A program made the translations under genes and the position numbers. From IMG/VR virus record IMGVR_UViG_2061766007_000145: a stretch of 64,000 nt of DNA, one strand, 5' to 3'. Shown piece by piece: positions 9,384 to 22,600 of the stretch (position 1 is the stretch's first letter; each line of letters begins with the position of its first letter). The notes under the pieces were generated by a model. That model was not told the DNA's origin, did no database searches, and was given only the letters and a program-made list of their open reading frames with translations. The DNA is from an uncultured virus (IMG/VR IMGVR_UViG_2061766007_000145) (Duplodnaviria > Heunggongvirae > Uroviricota > Caudoviricetes).

Positions 9384-10922
9384 TTACGTTCCGGTTAATC
9401 CATCTACTCCATTCACAATGTTTTGAATGTACTGTGCGAGAGAAACAACATTTGTACCATCAGTCAAGTACACATTCCCGAAAAAAAGTGTATTCATTTC
9501 AATTTCGAGATTGTCAGACTCGGCAATTCTACCTATACCAAGTCCTTTTCCACCAGCCTTAAAGTCGAGTAAGACCGCATTTGTGGGAATAAATGCCATA
9601 CTCTGCGCCTTTGACGACAAAGAATCGGTTATATCAAGCCTAAAATCATATGCAGATAGTTCAGAAAAGCCGACAGAGTAATCCCCGTTTAATGGAGCAT
9701 ACAGTTTTAGTTCTGCACCACTCGTAAGCGTTATCCCCGTATATTCAATCCACGAAGCGGAGCTTGTTAATTTGTAATATAGTTTGGGAGTAACCACGTT
9801 ATTGTTGCCTACGGATGAATAAAACCATGTCCCTTTCACAACTACTGCCGTAGTACCTCCAGAATATTCGGACAAAGTTCTCGTTACCGTGAATGAATCA
9901 ATTTCAGGCGTATTATATGGATAAAAATATATCGACGGTGATGTAAGCGTTTGCGAAGTATATCCTCTTGAATCTGTTGCGTAAATTGAAACTGTTTTGT
10001 TACCGCTAGAAGACACTACACCACCTGTATATGGAAGTGAGGCGTTTACGCTGGTTGAATATGCTCCGGACAAATTGTAATCACTGATTGTTGCACCATA
10101 CAAAGTTGTTGATATTGCGGATATAGCTAATTTTGTATAACCTGCAACTGCAACATTCCATGAATTAACTACGGTATTTAATGAATTGTCTATTGACACC
10201 GCAAGATTTGACAGGCTCGGAGCAGTTGTTGATGGTACCGTAACAGTGAATGTTTTATTAGAAACAACACCGCGCTGTTTGGTCATCGCGCTATCAGAGT
10301 ATGTATATAAATACGCTGTCATCGTTGTTGTTTTAGCGTTTGTTATTAAAGGCGCAATGTTTGCCAAAGGTAGCTGATAACCACTATAAGTGTAAGCTGT
10401 TGTTTGATTTGGATGGATCCCACTAATGGTGTGACTCCAGTCTCCCAACGCAAATTTCAATTTATAATAATAACTGGCTGATGTTGGCGTCCATTGAATA
10501 GAACAATTATTACCTAGTGTTACGTTGCCAGCAGATGTAATTGTTGAGCCGAGGATAATTTGGTTGAGTGTAAAAGTAGTTTCAGAACTACTACAGTTAA
10601 TGCTGCTGTTATATATGCCCGCCTCGACTTTAACCTTAAATGTTCTCGTACCATTAACAGCGTCATGAGAAACGGTTTTACTACCTCTCGTGACTACCGT
10701 CCCATTATAGCACTGAATATCTGCGTTTTTGATATAAGTAACAGTTCCGTCTACTGTAACTCTAACCTCATGAATTTTTACCCAACCGCTCGCGCTTCCA
10801 CTGCCCTTTAGTGTCCAGCTAATCGTTGATTTATTATTCGCGGTATCCTGTGTTGCAGTCCACGATAATGTCAGACTCCTGCTGTGACTGGCAGAAGTTG
10901 TTACGTCCCCAGATAATGCCAT
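9384..10922 (-). CDS. Minor tail/baseplate structural protein (DUF859-like)
   Basis: LSW..QD.ANNKSTISW start, ATDSRG motif and LDFKAGGKGLGIG..AE C-terminus typical of this family. Confidence 0.7.
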   Translation of the reverse strand: MALSGDVTTSASHSRSLTLSWTATQDTANNKSTISWTLKGSGSASGWVKIHEVRVTVDGTVTYIKNADIQCYNGTVVTRGSKTVSHDAVNGTRTFKVKVEAGIYNSSINCSSSETTFTLNQIILGSTITSAGNVTLGNNCSIQWTPTSASYYYKLKFALGDWSHTISGIHPNQTTAYTYSGYQLPLANIAPLITNAKTTTMTAYLYTYSDSAMTKQRGVVSNKTFTVTVPSTTAPSLSNLAVSIDNSLNTVVNSWNVAVAGYTKLAISAISTTLYGATISDYNLSGAYSTSVNASLPYTGGVVSSSGNKTVSIYATDSRGYTSQTLTSPSIYFYPYNTPEIDSFTVTRTLSEYSGGTTAVVVKGTWFYSSVGNNNVVTPKLYYKLTSSASWIEYTGITLTSGAELKLYAPLNGDYSVGFSELSAYDFRLDITDSLSSKAQSMAFIPTNAVLLDFKAGGKGLGIGRIAESDNLEIEMNTLFFGNVYLTDGTNVVSLAQYIQNIVNGVDGLTGT

Positions 10923-10942
10923 TTATACAACTCCTATTCTTC

Positions 10943-13900
10943 TCATCCTTGCCAAACTAAAGAAACACCGCCGTCTTCCTTTGGCACAAAAGCATATTTG
11001 CCGAGCCAAAGAGACTTTTGAACTACAGCATTTGGAATATATAGCTGCTTATTACTGATAAAAGCAACTACATTTCCCTCATCTAAAAACGCCATCTGTT
11101 GATTGTCAATCTTAGTTTTAAACGCACTTTCCTGTCCGTTCACTCTTGCCCCGATAGTCAGCCCGTTTTCTCCGAAATCCATGTACTGACCTACTTCTGC
11201 TTTATATTCATTCAACACCCTGTCTGTATAGGCGGTTATGCTTTCTTTAGCAGTAATTATTTTTTGTTCAATTTGTTCCGATGCATCATCAACCGCGCCT
11301 TTAATACGCTGATCAAATCTTGATGGATCGGAAATATCTTCAAGCGTTTCCGTATCTGCTGCGGTGCTAATCCTGACCGAGCCATCCAATACAAGGTTTC
11401 CGGACGTATCAACGCTTAAAATCGGGTTATATGCGACTACTGTATCGTTCCCGTCCGCTTCAGTAACTTCTTTTCTAATGAGAAAAACAGCCTGATTGTC
11501 ATTATCCTCGTCGTCGGCTTTTGATGATGTTGTAACAATTATGCCTCTATGGTCTATAGTCACAGAAGCATCACTGTTATATACACCAACTTCTTCAGAC
11601 AGAATAAGATTACCTATCAATTTGTCTGCAATAACTCCATAGCCTTCTTTTTGTTTTCCGTCACTTGGGTCAAGATATTCAAAGTTTCCAATACCGGCTT
11701 TTGCGGTACGCCAATTATCGTCAGTTAAATACAGCCCTTTATTTAAAACCTTCAACTGCTTGTCGTCATATGAATCTGTTTCCGGCACATATTCTCGGCA
11801 TAACATTCCGTGTTCGTCAATGCTGATATTTTGGTTGTCGGCGTCATTAACTATTTTCATATTAGTTAAAGCTAACCCATCATTAACCCAATTATCAAGT
11901 TTCTTTTTCCCTTTGTTTCCTTGCTTTGCTTGTCGCATTACACCGCCATAAGAAGATGACATTGAGGCAGCTTTACCAAGAATTGATGCAACTTCAACTG
12001 TTCCATTTGAGTATAATTTCACATCAGAAAACTCGACCGACAAATCTTCAAGTCGATTAAAATTAATCGAATATGAAAGTAATCTTAATTTATAAACCTT
12101 ATCATCCGTCTTAACCCGAATCCAATTTCCTACAGAAAAATTATCTATTATAGGCTCAAATTCTTTCATCACCAGAAGATTTTTTAGACTTGCTGTTAAT
12201 GAGTGTTGTTGCGTTGCAGATTTGTATATTTCGTTTCGTGCAGTTTCTAAAAATTCTTGCGCATGTCGAATTACCTCTGTGTCGGTCAACCCGTCCGAAA
12301 TATAGTTATCATTTTTATAGATATCCTCTCTTCGGTATGCAACAAACTCCAGCCATAGTTCATCTCCAAGATAGTCATGAAAATTCAAAGCTGATTGTAT
12401 CATACTTCTTTGAGATTCTACATCGGTTCTCAGCGCGGATATCGTAGCGATTTCGCCCTCTCGTGTTTGAATCTCGCTCTCAATAGCAAGTAGCCTTTCA
12501 TAATAAGGCGTGTAAATCTCATTGTATATTTCAGAACCGAGAGAATTTTCATCTGCCACGCCCTGCTCAATAAGCAGATTGATGCATGCTTGACACGAGT
12601 CGTGATATATCTTCAGGTTCGACAAGCAATGCTCTTTCATATCGTCAGCAAAATCTGATGCAGATAAGCCAAGGTCAAACAGATTTTCAATACCTACAGT
12701 TGTTTTCGATTTCTGATTTTTTAAAAGCTCGTTCAGCCTTCTCTTAACATATGTATCGTATTCGTCAGTGATTGTTACTGTGATTGCCGACGGACTAGTG
12801 GCGGTCTGAGTTTCATCAATCGCACTGGTCACAGTCAATGTTCCGCTCCACAAATGCGTTGATGCGTTGTACGTTGCATTGCTCGTTGTGACATTGAAGG
12901 ATGAATCAATCTTTGATTTTGCAACAGACATCACAGCGCTTGTAGCTACCGTCAACGAGCACGTTTCTATCTTTTTGACATACGCTCTAGATAGCCCGTT
13001 GGTTAGAATAGCCAATTCTGTTTGCGCCGTTTTTTCTGCTGTTTCGATTGTAGGCATCATTTCATCTCGCAAATACATTTCAAACTGAATTGTGTTGTAA
13101 TATAGGTTCATCAGGCTAGGATAACCTGCAATGTTTGAAACAGAGGAATATGAGGCATGAGTCGGGTCATATTTTTGAATTAACGTATTGTATGTGCCAA
13201 CTAAATCAGATAATAATTCCGGCACATATTCATTTTCGTAGTAGCCGCAATCGTTATCATAATCATCAAGTTTAGAAACTAGTTCGTCTGACATATCTGC
13301 TTTCATTGAATCAGAGAGATACCATATGTACTGACTCCCGTTCGGATTACAATTCCTAACAGTAGCGGTCATTAGTTCGTCCCCACATTCAAGCCTGAAA
13401 CAATTTTTTACAGAGCCGACATCAGTGGAATAAGTAATTTCGTCGGCTAAATTATCGACAGATATTAAAATAGCCGTGTCAATTCCATAACACGGCAGGA
13501 TATTAGTAGAGCCACATTCAGTACACACATGATCAAACGAGCCTCTTTTGTGACAGGCAGTACAATACGATTCCAAATCATAAACGCTTATACTGCGCTC
13601 GATTTTTCCATTGCTATCCGTACCGGAATTTATCACAAACAGGCAGTCAATTTCTTCTGAGATTTCCTGAAGCGCATCGTACAGGCTCTTATTATCGAAA
13701 CTAAATGTTCTCTGAATCGGGACAAGTCTGCTCTCAACGTATTCAATCGAATAATGAGGAACCTTGTCCATAATCCTATGGAGTAAAGACGCTTCGTGGT
13801 TGCTTGCGTCATATAAATGTGTCGGAACATAGTCTTCTCTTGCGATGTCGTCCTCAGTATTAATCTCAATGTCGTATAAATAGACTTGGGACAATTCCGC

Positions 13901-14215
13901 TTCGCCGATCGAAGTACAAGATATTTGTTTTACCACGCCATCGCTGTCTTTAGTTATGACTTCAATCTCAAACCACACATCCCATTCTTTGCACCATACA
14001 ACTGCAAAATCTACCAACTTATCCCATAGTGCATATTTTTCACCGTTAAGGAATTTGTGTACTTCAAACTGAAGCTCGAATTTTGAATTAAATGTATCTG
14101 ATATGTTAATGTTGCAAGCGGGGATAGTGCCGAGTTTATTTCCGCTCCGAGTACCCAGCACAAAGGTAGGAGTTATGGCGTTATGAGTATTGTCGAATCT
14201 GATTTGTACTGCCAT
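10943..14215 (-). CDS. Tal / baseplate hub (tail endopeptidase-like) protein
   Basis: 1090 aa directly after Dit, with prophage tail-hub motifs (NPNGSQYI, F.VGNWIRV, TDDNW.T...IG). Confidence 0.75.
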   Translation of the reverse strand: MAVQIRFDNTHNAITPTFVLGTRSGNKLGTIPACNINISDTFNSKFELQFEVHKFLNGEKYALWDKLVDFAVVWCKEWDVWFEIEVITKDSDGVVKQISCTSIGEAELSQVYLYDIEINTEDDIAREDYVPTHLYDASNHEASLLHRIMDKVPHYSIEYVESRLVPIQRTFSFDNKSLYDALQEISEEIDCLFVINSGTDSNGKIERSISVYDLESYCTACHKRGSFDHVCTECGSTNILPCYGIDTAILISVDNLADEITYSTDVGSVKNCFRLECGDELMTATVRNCNPNGSQYIWYLSDSMKADMSDELVSKLDDYDNDCGYYENEYVPELLSDLVGTYNTLIQKYDPTHASYSSVSNIAGYPSLMNLYYNTIQFEMYLRDEMMPTIETAEKTAQTELAILTNGLSRAYVKKIETCSLTVATSAVMSVAKSKIDSSFNVTTSNATYNASTHLWSGTLTVTSAIDETQTATSPSAITVTITDEYDTYVKRRLNELLKNQKSKTTVGIENLFDLGLSASDFADDMKEHCLSNLKIYHDSCQACINLLIEQGVADENSLGSEIYNEIYTPYYERLLAIESEIQTREGEIATISALRTDVESQRSMIQSALNFHDYLGDELWLEFVAYRREDIYKNDNYISDGLTDTEVIRHAQEFLETARNEIYKSATQQHSLTASLKNLLVMKEFEPIIDNFSVGNWIRVKTDDKVYKLRLLSYSINFNRLEDLSVEFSDVKLYSNGTVEVASILGKAASMSSSYGGVMRQAKQGNKGKKKLDNWVNDGLALTNMKIVNDADNQNISIDEHGMLCREYVPETDSYDDKQLKVLNKGLYLTDDNWRTAKAGIGNFEYLDPSDGKQKEGYGVIADKLIGNLILSEEVGVYNSDASVTIDHRGIIVTTSSKADDEDNDNQAVFLIRKEVTEADGNDTVVAYNPILSVDTSGNLVLDGSVRISTAADTETLEDISDPSRFDQRIKGAVDDASEQIEQKIITAKESITAYTDRVLNEYKAEVGQYMDFGENGLTIGARVNGQESAFKTKIDNQQMAFLDEGNVVAFISNKQLYIPNAVVQKSLWLGKYAFVPKEDGGVSLVWQG

Positions 14216-14225
14216 GATTCCCTCC

Positions 14226-16222
14226 TTATATATTAGGTATGTCTTTTACAATTGGTGTGTAGGTAATTTTCACTTCGCACGGGAGTGAAAACGTATAGTT
14301 GGTATACCGATTGTCTATACTGTTGACGAGCGTTGGGAACTCAAAGTTGAAATCGTTTTGGATTTTGTGGGATGAGAGAGATGTTGTAATGATTTGATTC
14401 TTCCCATCAAGATTTATCACTTCTCCGGTAGAACAGTTTTTGATAACAGTCGTGTGGCTATCCCGGTCGTTGGAAATCGTTAAGTTCCCCGCTTGCCCAC
14501 ATGTGATATTAAATACGGGGTAAGAATATCCTACCTCATCGTTGCGGTCAAAAACGCTGTGGCTTACAGCACTGTTGTTTGCCGTAATATAAACCGTTAC
14601 GTCATCACCGTAACCGAACGGCGAGTCAGTTTCCATTGTGAGACGAACCCCATACAATATTCCATCAATATATATCTTCTCAAGGTTAAATGAGGCGTTG
14701 TACCAAACGNNNNNNNNNNGAGCTTCGGGAACTCAAAGTTGAAATCGTTTTGGATTTTGTGAGATGAGAGAGATGTTGTGATGATTTGATTCTTCCCATC
14801 AAGATTTATCACTTCTCCGGCAGAACAGTTTTTGATAACAGTCGCGCGGCTATCCCTATCGTTGAAGATAGTTAAATTCCCCGCTTGCCCACATGTGATT
14901 TTAAATACGGGGTAAGAATACCCCACCTCATCGTTGCGATCAAAAACACTGTGGCTTACAGCACTGTTGTTTGCCGCAATATTAATCGCTACGTCCTCGC
15001 CAAAGCCGAATGGTGAGTCGGTTTCCATTGTAAGCCGGATTCCGTATAGCGTTCCATCAATATATATCTTCTCAAGGTTAAATGAGGCGTTGTACCAAAC
15101 GTCAGAGTTTACGATTTGAAATTTGTGAAAGCTCCTTCGGTTGAGCCATCTCGCTAAGTCTCTGTACTCGTCGCTTGAGATTTCCATTTCAGCCTGTGTA
15201 ATATCGCACGTATCTTTACAAATGTCAAACGTCGCGGTTATACATTCCTCGTACTTTGAGCTTGTTAATTTGTGAATTTTACCACCGTGCATAGAGNNNN
15301 NNNNNNTGTTTCAAGCTCAGAGGAACGGTTAAACCTGCACACAACAAACCCAAAATGACTTAAGTACTCATTGTCGTATTTAAAATCATAAGTTAAATCT
15401 TCCGTCACAAAACCCTCCCTTACCTTTTATTCATCGAATGAATAAGCTTCACGGAATCTTTTTCAAACTCTTTTTGTGCAAGCGCCGCTTCGCGTATGAG
15501 CTTATTGTAAGTTTCTTTGAGTTCGGTTATCTCGTTTATGCCGTTTTCATATCGTTCCCTGAGAACGTCAATATCTTTCAAGCCGTTACGAGCAATAGCC
15601 AATTCGTTTTGGAGAACCTTCTCCCTTTGTTTAAGTAAGGCGTTCTCGGATTCCAATGCCTTTATCTTCTCTTCGAGAACAGTCAGCAACGTATCTCCGA
15701 GAACAGTGCCTTTCTTTTTCTCCATTCTATTCCTCCAATCACAAAAGAGGCTACCCTTTAACGAACAGAATAGCCTCTTNNNNNNNNNNATTTTTTGCGA
15801 GTTTGCTTCCTCCAACCAATCTGTCGGTGGTCGCAGCACGAAGAAAACTCTCGAACTTACCATCAGCAACAAGCTGATTTACAAAGTCGTTGTAATCAAG
15901 CACACGCTCNNNNNNNNNNACTCCTTCGGTTGAGCCATCTCGCTAAGTCTCTGTACTCGTCATTGGAGATTTCCATTTCAGCCTGTGTAATATCACACGT
16001 ATCTTTACAAATATCAAACGTCGCGGTTATAGATTCTTCGTACTTTGAGCTTGTTAATCTGTGAAGTTTACCTCCGTGCATAGAAGCTTTTTCAAAAACT
16101 ACTTTTGCACCGCCGGAGTATGTTTCAAGCTCGGAGGAATGACCAAATCTGCATACAACAAATCCAAAATGACTCAGGTACTCGTTGTCGTATTTAAAAT
16201 CGTAAGTTAAATCTTCCGTCAC
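14226..16222 (-). CDS. Distal tail protein (Dit), fragmented into two interleaved alleles by the assembly
   Basis: Pieces 15896-16222, 14720-15408 and 14226-14709 overlap in sequence (FKYDNEYLSHFG...RDLARWLNR...TDSPFG...NDFNFEFP) and are separated by 10-N gaps. This is one gene of about 270 aa. Confidence 0.75.
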
Positions 16223-16234
16223 AAAACCCCTCCC

Positions 16235-16540
16235 TTACCTTTTATTCGTCGAATGAATAAGCTTCGCGGAATCTTTTTCAAACTCTTTTTGTGCAAGCGC
16301 CGCTTCACGTATGAGCTTATTGTAAGTTTCTTTGAGTTCGGTTACCTCGTTTATGCTGTTTTCATATCGTTCCCTGAGAACGTCAATACTTTTCAAGCCA
16401 TTACGAGCAATAGCCAATTCGTCTTGGAGAACCCTCTCCTTTTGTTTAAGTAAGGCGTTCTCGGATTCCAGTGCCTTTATCTTCTCTTCGAGAATAGCCA
16501 GCAACGTATCTCCGAGAACAGTGCCTTTCTTTTCCCCCAT
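16235..16540 (-). CDS. Coiled-coil hypothetical protein (allelic copy at about 15420-15725)
   Basis: 101-aa ORF with GGAGG RBS; near-identical second copy across N-gaps. Confidence 0.65.
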   Translation of the reverse strand: MGEKKGTVLGDTLLAILEEKIKALESENALLKQKERVLQDELAIARNGLKSIDVLRERYENSINEVTELKETYNKLIREAALAQKEFEKDSAKLIHSTNKR

Positions 16541-16557
16541 TCTATTCCTCCAATCAC

Positions 16558-16595
16558 AAAAGAGGCTACCCCTTAACGAATAGAATAGCCTCTTT
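16558..16595. terminator. Intrinsic terminator-like hairpin after the TMP gene
   Basis: AAAAGAGGCTA...TAGCCTCTTT inverted repeat with A/T tails just past the TMP stop at 16601. Confidence 0.6.
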
Positions 16596-16600
16596 ACGAT

Positions 16601-19600
16601 TTACCACCTGTATTTATTTTTTGCGAGTTTGCTTCCTCCTACTAATCTGTCGGTGGTCGCAGCATGAAGGAAACTCTCGAACTTGCCATCAGCAACAAGC
16701 TGATTTACAAAGTCGTTGTAATCAAGCACACGCTCAATCGGAATGTTAATTTCGTATGAAATATTTCCAATCTTTGTGCCTGAACTGTCAGGTATTGCGC
16801 CTACTTTTGCTAATTGTGCAAGAGTATTAGACTGCCCGAACAGTTTTGCCAGTAATCCGTCTCCATCAGAAGCCTTCTTCATAGCGTCTTTCAGAGCGAT
16901 AAAGTTTGCAGTATCGCTCGGACTCAGCACTATCTCGGGATTACTCGGGGAACCGTCAACATGAGCTAACCCTGTGTAGTCCACAAGACCGCCTCGGGCG
17001 TACTTCTTGAGTGAAGATGTCACTCCGTTGATTGTTTGATTGGTAGACGTCTGAGCTTTGGAGAACGACGAATCATAAACCGCCAAAGTCGGGTTGTTCC
17101 TTGCGCTCCATATCTTAGCGGTTTCCTGCGAGATTATATATCCGACACTTTCACTCTCGGCTCTAATTGTCTGGCAGATAGCAGAGGCGTTATCGTTAGC
17201 GTAAGCAATCTCTTCGGCAATCAGAGCATCTACATCGTCCAAGCGCTTATTGAGAACCGTCTCATACTCGTTGTATAGATTGTCGATGAGCTTCTTTTGT
17301 TCGCTGATTGACTGCTCGTACTGGGTGTCTTTGAGGTTTTCTCGGGCTTCGGTGAGTTCAACCCGAAGCCGTTGCTTAACAGCCTTGCTTTCCTCGGATG
17401 AATCGTTGGAATAAGCAAGCATCTGTTTTTCAATCTTGGTAATTTCAGAGGTCTGATCTTTAACCTTTTTCTGATAGTCGTAGAGGTCTTTTGCGTTGTC
17501 AAGAGCGTCGGTGTATTTGTCTGCCAAATCTTTAAGAGCATCCAGTTCATAGTTGATTCCTTCCTCGACCATATCTCTGATAGCAAATTTTTCACCTTCG
17601 GCAGAAAGGATAGACTCTCTCTGCTTTTTCAGCAGTTCTTCTCGCCTGTCAAGAAGTTTGGTATTGTTCGGGTCTTTTGCAATCTCTTTGTTTATCTTCT
17701 TGATTTCGTCGGCATACTTGTCAGCCTGAGACATGTACACATTATAGGTTTGCCCATGAAGTCCAAGAATCGCCTTCCCGATATTGGTTAGTTGCCCAGC
17801 CCCAGCGCCTTCTTTGATAAACGAATCCGACTTTTCTAGCAGTTCCATCATAAATCCAGCTTCGTCGGTAATGGCTGTAACTTGAGAAAGTATATAGTCA
17901 AAGTGTTTCCACCCAACTTCACGGATTACGTTCGTGTATTTTACTACCTCGGTTTCAGAATCCTGAATTGCTTCGGAAGCACTATTGATAGCGTTTGTCA
18001 GTTCATACCATGCTTCAGAACCTTCCTTAATATAGCCAGACCTCGTTGCCTCGTTCAGATATTTAGTCAGCTCGTCGCGTTCTTTTTTCTGAAGCGATAA
18101 CCTCTTTTCAGCGTCTGTTCTGAGTTTCTCATAGTGTGATTCATCAACCAAATACCCATGTTCCTCGATATTGGCTATCTTGTTATTAAGTGTTGCAGCG
18201 TCGTGCGCAATAATAGAAAGCCGGTTCTCGTAATCCTTTTGAACCATGCTGAATCGCGTCTTGTAAAGTTCCGCCAACGACTCTTTTAAGGTGAGTACAG
18301 CATCGGAGCAAGCAAGAGACTTTTCATACCACTGCTTATAAGAAGTGATGAGCTTCTGAGTATTCTCGTCGTACTTCTTAATATCAATGGTTCCCTCTCT
18401 GACTTTCTTCTTTAGGTCGCTTGAGAGCTTGACAGAATCAGCCTGCTTCATGTAGCGGTCTGCGCCCTTTTGCTGAATTTCGATTTCCTTATTCAGCTTG
18501 GGGATTTCGTCGTCAGTAGCTTTCAGCCTTGTGGTAAGAGTCTGGAATGTACTCTTAACCTTTGTTTCGAGATTTTTGATTGCTCTCTCGACTCTGCTAA
18601 TTTTGACTTCAATCCAATCGACAAAATCGCTATCCTTAGAGCTGCTTGAGCTGCTACTTTTCTTTGAGCCGCTCTTTTTGGTCGATGATTTTTTGGTACT
18701 CTTCTTGGTAGTTTTCTTTTTAGACGCTTTAGCAGCGGCTTTCGCAGCTTTCTTCTGAGCCTCTTGAGCTTTCTTGATCATAGCGGCAATGTCGTTCGTA
18801 CTCATTATTCCTTCTGAGTACGCAGTTCCATTAACAAAAGCGGTTCCACGCCCGTTGATATAACCATCCCTCAACAACTCTTCGGTCTGCTTGTGATTGA
18901 AGACAATACTACCTTTAGGTATATGACGGAATTCTGCACCGTTGTCACCAACCGTATACCATTTTCCAGTTTTTACATCTGAAATAATTTCACGACCGGC
19001 TTCACCAACCAGAGCGGTTTCACTCTTTTTAGTAGCCCAGCTTCCGCGAGCGTGAGCAGTTCCATCTGCGTTACCGCCGCCACCATCCGGAGTTGTAGCT
19101 CTGAACCCGCCAAACGGAGTTTGCTCGTATCCGATTTTAATGGTTTTCTTCTTGAACGTGTAATTGTTGATAACATCAAGTTCTGCTATAATGTCATTTG
19201 CTATGGTTACTTTTATCTTCTTTTCGCCGATACTGAATTCGTCAATATCCTTAACACCTTTAAAGATACTATTAATGAGTGTCAAGTCATCCTGACTTAC
19301 CCCGACATTAGCCTTAACATCAATTGTTGAGTTGCTTATGTTGTCAAGCGCTGTATCCCATTCGTCTTTGTTAATGTTTAAGGTCGTCAGAATTTCGTCC
19401 GGGATAGTTTCCTTCATTTCATTCGCAGCAGAACGAAGCTTGTTTTGAGTCTCAGTGGTATCTACTCCGAGCGTAGTCTCTAACTCAAAATCGTTCATCA
19501 AGCGCTGATAGTTCTGTATTTGCTCAATTGCAGATTTNNNNNNNNNNGGAGGATGCCACGCCGTTGATTGTTTGATTGGTAGACGTCTGAGCTTTGGAGA

Positions 19601-22600
19601 ACGACGAATCNNNNNNNNNNAACAGAATCAGCTTGTTTCATGTAGCGGTCTGCGCCCTTTTGCTGAATTTCGATTTCCTTGTTCAGCTTGGGAATTTCAT
19701 TATCAGTGGCTTTGAGTCTTGTGGTAAGAGCCTGGAATGTACTCTTAACCTTTGTTTCGAGATTTTTGATTGCTCTCTCGANNNNNNNNNNNNNNNNNNN
19801 NNNNNNNNNNNNNNNNNNNNNNNNNNNNNNNNNNNNNNNNNNNNNNNNNNNNNNNNNNNNNNNNNNNNNNNNNNNNNNNNNNNNNNNNNNNNNNNNNNNN
19901 NNNNNNNNNNNNNNNNNNNNNNNNNNNNNNNNNNNNNNNNNNNNNNNNNNNNNNNNNNNNNNNNNNNNNNNNNNNNNNNNNNNNNNNNNNNNNNNNNNNN
20001 NNNNNNNNNNNNNNNNNNNNNNNNNNNNNNNNNNNNNNNNNNNNNNNNNNNNNNNNNNNNNNNNNNNNNNNNNNNNNNNNNNNNNNNNNNNNNNNNNNNN
20101 NNNNNNNNNNNNNNNNNNNNNNNNNNNNNNNNNNNNNNNNNNNNNNNNNNNNNNNNNNNNNNNNNNNNNNNNNNNNNNNNNNNNNNNNNNNNNNNNNNNN
20201 NNNNNNNNNNNNNNNNNNNNNNNNNNNNNNNNNNNNNNNNNNNNNNNNNNNNNNNNNNNNNNNNNNNNNNNNNNNNNNNNNNNNNNNNNNNNNNNNNNNN
20301 NNNNNNNNNNNNNNNNNNNNNNNNNNNNNNNNNNNNNNNNNNNNNNNNNNNNNNNNNNNNNNNNNNNNNNNNNNNNNNNNNNNNNNNNNNNNNNNNNNNN
20401 NNNNNNNNNNNNNNNNNNNNNNNNNNNNNNNNNNNNNNNNNNNNNNNNNNNNNNNNNNNNNNNNNNNNNNNNNNNNNNNNNNNNNNNNNNNNNNNNNNNN
20501 NNNNNNNNNNNNNNNNNNNNNNNNNNNNNNNNNNNNNNNNNNNNNNNNNNNNNNNNNNNNNNNNNNNNNNNNNNNNNNNNNNNNNNNNNNNNNNNNNNNN
20601 NNNNNNNNNNNNNNNNNNNNNNNNNNNNNNNNNNNNNNNNNNNNNNNNNNNNNNNNNNNNNATAGTTTCCTTCATTTCGCTTGCAGCAGAACGAAGCTTA
20701 TTTTGAGTCTCAGTGGTATCTACTCCGAGCGTAGTCTCTAACTCGAAATCGTTCATCAAGCGCTGATAGTTCTGTATTTGCTCAATTGCAGATTTAAGCC
20801 CGGCGTCATCAATTTCGTCCGTCTTAATCTTCATTATAGCAGGCTCGTTGAGAACCTGCTTTTGAGAGATTAGTTCGGTCATTATTGCGACAAGTTCGGT
20901 GGCACCCTCGGCTTGGAAGTTGATTGTCCCATCTTCGTTACGAAGCTTATTGAGAGACTCTTGCAGGTATCTAATTTCTTCTTCTCGTATATCCCAACTC
21001 GTTTTATCAATATCGAAATTAATACTAAGGTCTGTAATTCCAAGCTTATTTAGCTTTGCGTTTGCCTGCTCAAAAGAACTTACACCGTGGTTGTAATAAT
21101 TCTCGACGCTTGACTTCAGTTTACCAAGATCAGTCTCAGTTATGCCATCAACCTTGATTTGAATTTTACCCTCATCATTGAGCTTTGTGATGTAATCAGC
21201 GATTTGAGGAATCGTAGCCCCGCTCTCTTTAAGAGCGTTCACCATTTCATTAAGGTTGACATAAGAAACTCCTTCGGAATCCTCTCCGACAAGTTTCAGC
21301 TTGTTGAGGACATCAATAATGTCTTTAGAAGAACTGCTTGTAGTAAGATCTATTAAGATTGTATTCTTGTCCTTCTTCAGCAGGTCAAGCACATCATAGA
21401 CCTGTTTATCTGTATACCCATCTTCTCTGAGTTTTGCTTCGAGCGTAACGGAGTTAATAACGTCTTTGCCGTTAAACTTCTCACTCATTGTCGCGCCGAC
21501 CGCTTCTGCACGGAGTTTAATCTCGTCGATATTTTCAAGCACGACATTACTGTGAGTAGCCAACGCCTGAATGCTCGCAGCCAAACCGTCTTTAGTAGTT
21601 CCCAAGACTTTAGCAACGTCTTCGAGGTGACTGTTGCTCACCCACCACTTGCCAGTCTTTTTGTTATATGTCGCTATCGTTTCGCCGTTTTCGTCGAGTA
21701 ACTTGCCACTTTTATCGACAACCTGACTAAGCCTCGCAACCATTCCGGTTCCGAGGTCTTCTGCGTCACCATACATGACTCGAACTGTTTCAAGAGCCTT
21801 CTTAACCTTCTTAACATTGTATCCGAGTTCTGCAACTCTATCTTTGCCGAGTATATATTCGGCGTAAGCGAGAAGCTTTCCGTTGTCAAGGTCTGCCCCT
21901 TTGCTGATAAGCTCCATTGCGTCTTTGTACGCATCGGCATAACTCTCAAACGATTCTGTGCCAGATTTGATGTCTTTAAGAGAATCGGCAAAATCCGTTG
22001 CTGCTTGCGAAGCACTGTCAAACGCTGCGATTATTTTTGATGATGCATTTTCTATCATCAACTTGTGATTGTTAAACGCAGCCTGCCATTCCTCCAATGA
22101 AGCTAATGCGTCTCCATTTTCACAATACACCTCGTAGACAAGCTCCTTATCCTTTGCGGAGAGTTCGTCGAGCCATTTGTCAAAATCCTTGATTTCGGCT
22201 TTAGCTTTTTCGATTGCGCCGTCCTTCCACTCAAGAATCTTTCTATTGTTGGTGTCGATATTGCCGAAAACAGTCTGAGTGAGGTCTACGCCTAAATCCT
22301 GCGCTTCTTTTTCTATCTCGCTCAATCCGGTTGTTTTCTTGAATGCAGCCTTCATCTTCTTGACAGAGCCTTCAAGGTCGAAATCCATTGATGTCCCGTT
22401 AAAAGCGTTTGCAATTTTTGCCAAGCTCTTTTCAGAACTATCAGCAACTACCCCGATGTCAACAAGATTCTGAATGAAATCAGCATACTTGGAATCTGAG
22501 AGCATAGTCGCGGTAACTCCGCCCTGTTCGCCGAGTTTCTTTAGGTCACTGGTTACATCGGAATACTTATTATTGGCAAGGCGATTTAGCGCATTTTCTG

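Noticed and set aside
14226..16595. Apparent tandem duplication of Dit, the 101-aa gene and the TMP end
   Set aside because: Copies are near-identical, fragmentary and each bounded by 10-N gaps. These are co-assembled strain alleles, not a genomic duplication or shufflon.
19594..20741. ORFs running through the long N-run
   Set aside because: Translation of unknown bases; no information.
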